Shown in pieces: positions 31,888-35,695 of a DNA stretch of 35,695 bases. Every line of letters begins with the position of its first letter. Position 1 is the first letter of the stretch. This DNA comes from Perkinsus olseni. Its lineage: Eukaryota. The stretch covers positions 1 through 35,695 of the forward strand of contig JABANN010000359.1 of assembly GCA_013115125.1 (NCBI GenBank), read 5' to 3'. The notes under the pieces are model-generated. The model was not told the DNA's origin and did not search any database. It saw nothing but the letters and a program-made list of their open reading frames with translations. A program made the position numbers and the translations under genes.

Positions 31888-33729
31888 ATGGCCGGCGCAG
31901 CACAGGGCCCCCACAGGAGGGCGGTCCCCTGCCCTAGCTGTGGTCAGCATTTCTTCCCTCAAAGCCTCCGTTTCCACCTCAAGTCGTGCGTTGTCAAACA
32001 GCAGCACGTCGAGCTGCCGTGCCCTTTCTGTGACACCCCAGTGAAGCGGTCGGAACTAGAGAACCACACGACGACCTGCAGGAAGCGGAAGACCGCCAGG
32101 AAAAGTCTGAGCGTGGCCTCGCTTTTGGAGACCTCTCCCAGCGGCCGAACGCCGTGCGTTATCTGCCAACGGTCGTTCTCCAGTGATAGAATAGCAAAAC
32201 ACCAGGCGATTTGTCGGCAGCAGTCCGAACAGGCCGAGCGTCGGAAGTCGCTCCTGTCGACCCCACAGAAGAAGTTGATCGCACGGCAGCAGGCAGCGGT
32301 GTTGGCGGGGAGTGGATCTCCGACGACCGCTGCGTGGCGGCAGAAGAGGGATGCTCAGAAGGAAGCGTTCGAGCGTATCAAGCGGCAGCAGCGAAGTCGG
32401 CTGCAGGGCTCCATAGGGAGGACTCTAATGCATGAAATAGTGGGTGTCGACGCGACGGAGGTGGAAGTGTCTGATGGATCATCGGGAAGCGCTGAGAGTG
32501 AGTCGTCACGTTGCTCTACGAACGACACTGGTGCCTTCCCCTTGGCGCAAGTGGACTCCAGCGTCCCAGAGACTATTGAAGCCCCTATGGACAGCACACG
32601 GGTCGACGCCGTCCCAGTGCGGGGGAAATGGGCCTCCTCCTCCCCGGTCGCGTTAAAGCTGAATGATGAGAGTGATGACGTCGCCACCGAACGGTCTGGG
32701 AGTTCTCGCCCGGACGAGGAAGAGTTGCCCAGTGAAGCCTCTTCCGACGGATCTGATTTTGATGGCGAGGAGCGGTCCAAGAATGATCATTCGGAACGGC
32801 ATATGCCACCGCCGCCAAGGAGGTCGCCGCCGCCCGCGAGCAGCTCTGCGACCAGTAGTAGGATGGACACTGAGCGGAGCGATGCGCATACCGAAACACG
32901 GGACTCAGAGGCCAGCTCATCAGGCCCCACCCAGCATGGTATCAGCGGACTCCACCTTGCACATAGAGAGTTGCACGGGACGGAGGCGAGAACCACTGGT
33001 CAGGCAACGCCTGGCAGGAAGAGTTCTTGGTGGGTAGAGAAAAGGCCATCTGTCGACACTTGGTTTTCATCAGGCGCTTTGACGGAAGGTCCGAGGATGG
33101 TCGCTCGAGAACTGGGACAGTATGTGACAGTGTGGGATCGAGAGGGGCGCGCCCCGTGGACGCCCCCAATGCAGATAGGTGGGTCGTCGGAAGGCTTTAC
33201 TGTACGAACCGGCGTCAAGGGTGATATTTTCAGGTCAGGGTTAGAGAGCATGGACCAATCTCCCACGAGCGGCGAGCTTCCCGTGCAACGGAACCTCCGC
33301 GGCTGGCTCGTTGGTGAAGATGCTGACCTCCAGGATGCTCTTGATCGGGCGAGCGTCGCTCTGGCTAAAGCACGCAGCCTGAGGCCTGAGAACGGAAGCT
33401 CGACGTCGAGCACTCCCAGCTCTCGCAGTGAGGAGGATTCCCCACCCCCACTGGTATGCACAAGGCGGCCAAGGAGCCAGCCTGCATGGGAGCTGGAGGT
33501 ACATCAAGAGTCCCATCCACGCCCGGAGGAGGGGCCGATGGTTATCCACTACCATCATCATCACCACCATCACTATCCTGGCGGGCTCCCTGGTGATATC
33601 AGAATGGAGGAAGCTGAGAAGAAGGCGGTGGATGACGCTGTGAAGGTGCATTGCAGAGGCCTTCACGATCGGGCATTTCCCGAACCGTTTTCATCTCATT
33701 TAGATGTTATCAGCACGAGGCACCCGTGA
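31888..33729 (+). CDS. C2HC-type zinc-finger protein (three CxxC-x12-H-x3-C fingers) with long disordered tail; 3' end may be extended by splicing to ~33870-34040
   Basis: CPSCGQHFFPQSLRFHLKSC, CPFCDTPVKRSELENHTTTC and CVICQRSFSSDRIAKHQAIC. Ser/Pro-rich tail with HYHHHHHHHY. A possible intron gtgcat...tttag lies at ~33646-33703. Confidence 0.82.
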   Translation: MAGAAQGPHRRAVPCPSCGQHFFPQSLRFHLKSCVVKQQHVELPCPFCDTPVKRSELENHTTTCRKRKTARKSLSVASLLETSPSGRTPCVICQRSFSSDRIAKHQAICRQQSEQAERRKSLLSTPQKKLIARQQAAVLAGSGSPTTAAWRQKRDAQKEAFERIKRQQRSRLQGSIGRTLMHEIVGVDATEVEVSDGSSGSAESESSRCSTNDTGAFPLAQVDSSVPETIEAPMDSTRVDAVPVRGKWASSSPVALKLNDESDDVATERSGSSRPDEEELPSEASSDGSDFDGEERSKNDHSERHMPPPPRRSPPPASSSATSSRMDTERSDAHTETRDSEASSSGPTQHGISGLHLAHRELHGTEARTTGQATPGRKSSWWVEKRPSVDTWFSSGALTEGPRMVARELGQYVTVWDREGRAPWTPPMQIGGSSEGFTVRTGVKGDIFRSGLESMDQSPTSGELPVQRNLRGWLVGEDADLQDALDRASVALAKARSLRPENGSSTSSTPSSRSEEDSPPPLVCTRRPRSQPAWELEVHQESHPRPEEGPMVIHYHHHHHHHYPGGLPGDIRMEEAEKKAVDDAVKVHCRGLHDRAFPEPFSSHLDVISTRHP

Positions 33730-34487
33730 ACTCGCGAGTGAGCACAGCGGCCCTCCGACAGTGCATCACGTGACCTATCGCCATCTTCATCACCACCAGC
33801 CCCCAGTTATCAAGCAGCCCATCGAGCGCCAGAGAAGTGTCGGAGTTCAGCAGTAGGACCGTGACGGCGTGATCTTTCTGATGGAAGTGTTCTTCCTGGA
33901 GTAGGTATCTCGTCAGGCCATCGACCGCTGACCACCCGCAGCGACTGAGGTCGGCGCCGTCCACTTCTATACGGCCCTCGTGGTACTCGAGGACCCTGGC
34001 GCTCCCGCTAATGCCGACAACGACTCGGCAGTTCGGGTCGTGAACTTGATTGTATGATTATCAACCGGTTGTCGCTCGTACAGGAAGGTCCTTCGTTCAT
34101 GGGCAACATGCAGCATTTAATATCAACGACGATCTACCGCTTGCGTTGGGAGTTCTTGGCGGGGGTTTGGTCTAGTGTTTGTGGAAGGCAGCGAGGGGGT
34201 TGTCGGAGGGGCAATTGGTTGTCCAGTACTGTATTGCCTCATTTTGGGGGCTCCCAGTCGGCACAGCTGGGTTCGAGATCCCCGTAGTTCACGTTAGACT
34301 CCACCCCCCAGAATTCCCCGCCTTAAGAGTTGTCCCCCTGGCGACCATGGTACGACTTCCGTTGATACATTATCGGTCGGGTATTCTTAGCCGAGAAGTT
34401 CATGGCCGTCATAACGCGGTTCGTTGGGAACTGCTGGGCGGTTAATTCAATATTCGGCGGGATGGCGAATGACCCTCAGTGAGGCGC

Positions 34488-35240
34488 ATTAGGGCCCCTA
34501 ATTTAGGGGTAGAGGTATTCCTGGATGCTCGGCCATCTCTTGATGTCGGGTCTCGCGTGCGCTGTGATGAGGCGAGAAATTATCTCGTCCACGATCGCGC
34601 TTCAGGTCTTCAGGGGGCCTATAGCTGCATCGCGGTCTGCTGGAGCCATCTGCGGGAGTAGCTAGTCCCGGGCAGGGACGTCTTGCTAGGCTCATCTGCT
34701 GGCGTATCGTGGAGTCATCTTGAGCGTTATCCCTGTGTGCATGCGTGCAATCAAGCACGCATGCACGGCAGGGTTCGGGTACAAGGGTATCGAGTTCAAT
34801 GCGAACGGTTAACGAACCGTGCGAAAAATCGACGACTCTAATTCATCTTCCCGCGGGTCTGCGACGGCAACAACACAGGCCGAGGTCTGCATCTAGTTGC
34901 CTCGCAGTTAGTCGTGGCCCACACCACTCTTGGCTGAATAGCGCGGGAATACTGTAGTCTTCTCAGATGTGACGAACCGCTGGTTCGAGGGGGCAGCGCA
35001 CGGTAGTTGGCGCGCGCCTCAGTTGTCTACATATAACCGTCAGCCGTTTCATTTTTTGGGGGGCCCCCTAAGCTGAGATTTCGAGAGCAAGCACCGGCAA
35101 ATGAGCGGGACGGGAAAAGTGCGAAACTCCCGTTTTGGATCTTCTGAAGGTTTTCCCTCTCGCTCCCGTCCCGCGGCGGGAGAGCGAGTCCCGCCCGAGT
35201 CCCGCACTTCTCGCTGCGCTGAATCGACTTCGGGAGAAAC
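34488..35240. other. Hairpin/palindrome-rich non-coding region
   Basis: Perfect 12-bp stem gtgcatgcgtgc/gcacgcatgcac (34737-34748/34755-34766). Also acggtt/aaccgt (34804-34819), cgaacc/ggttcg (~34973-34987), gcgggacggga/tcccgtcccgc (35105-35115/35164-35174) and a T6-G7-C5 run at ~35052-35069. Confidence 0.6.
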
Positions 35241-35297
35241 GCAACGCAGAGGAGCTGTGAATCGCGGATATAATGCTATTTTATCCCGATATTCTAG

Positions 35298-35695
35298 AGC
35301 GTCGTCCAGACCATACCTGATTTTGCATGGTTCATCGCTGTGGCGTCGTATCGTGTGTGCAGTATTATTGCCGCAATAATATTGCGGTCTGTCCGGTTGT
35401 CGTGTTACCCTGTGGCCCACAGGCTGTGGGGTCTGCATGATCTCACAGGGATTTCGACTATCGCGGCGGTCAGCTGAAGCACAATCCCACGAGAAATTGT
35501 CGCGTACACCTCTCCAGCGTCGTCCAGACCATACCTGATTTTGCATTGTTCATCGTTGTGGCGTCGTGCCGCGTGCGCAGTACTGCGTTCTGTGCGGTTG
35601 TCGTTCTACCATGTGAGGCCTGTATGTAGTCACAGGGATTTCGACTCTCGCGGCGATAAGATGAAGCAAAATCCCACGAAGAATTGTCGTTTACT
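35298..35695. repeat. Diverged tandem repeat, period ~218 bp, two copies (second reaches the window edge)
   Basis: agcgtcgtccagaccatacctgattttgcat occurs at 35298 and 35516. The blocks tcacagggatttcgact, tcgcggcg, tgaagca and aatcccacga are also shared. Confidence 0.93.

Noticed and set aside
33710-33964. Separate minus-strand gene overlapping the zinc-finger 3' end
   Set aside because: No ATG start or recognisable motif. It is better explained as antisense to probable additional zinc-finger exons or UTR.
35049-35546. 165-aa minus-strand ORF across the tandem repeat
   Set aside because: No domain signature, and the 17- and 14-nt indels between repeat copies are not multiples of three, which argues against coding constraint.
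35298-35695. CRISPR-like interpretation of the shared ~31-nt block
   Set aside because: There are only two copies, the intervening sequences are homologous rather than unique spacers, the context is eukaryotic, and there are no cas genes.

Overview
Gene-dense eukaryotic nuclear DNA with many short (mostly ~45-60 nt) GT-AG introns. It is most consistent with an alveolate of the Perkinsus type; this is inferred from intron style, gene density and protein sequences, and is not verified. The supplied ORF track mostly shows exon fragments, so the gene models were spliced by hand and internal boundaries are approximate. About 14 genes sit in strand-uniform blocks. Minus block (1-8136): an unknown helical protein with an NLS, a coiled-coil protein, and a multi-TM/LRR/EF-hand protein. 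Plus block (8411-19405): eIF5, a divergent U2AF65, phosphoenolpyruvate mutase (PepM), Pol III subunit RPC25 and an ALDH3-type aldehyde dehydrogenase. Minus block (21219-31358): a multi-KH vigilin-like protein, an EF-hand-like hypothetical protein, an MLF-family protein, a WW+ankyrin protein and actin. These are followed by a plus-strand C2HC zinc-finger gene and a hairpin-rich non-coding end with a ~218-bp tandem repeat. The most notable feature is an intron-containing PepM of the bacterial (AepX-like) sequence type carrying a mitochondrial-type presequence, suggesting organellar phosphonate (C-P bond) synthesis. Also notable are a U2AF65 with a degenerate RRM1 and ULM plus a candidate poison exon, a receptor-like multi-TM protein with a C-terminal LRR/EF-hand region, a Sec16-C-like motif on the WW-ankyrin protein, and micro inverted-triplication insertions in the terminal repeat.
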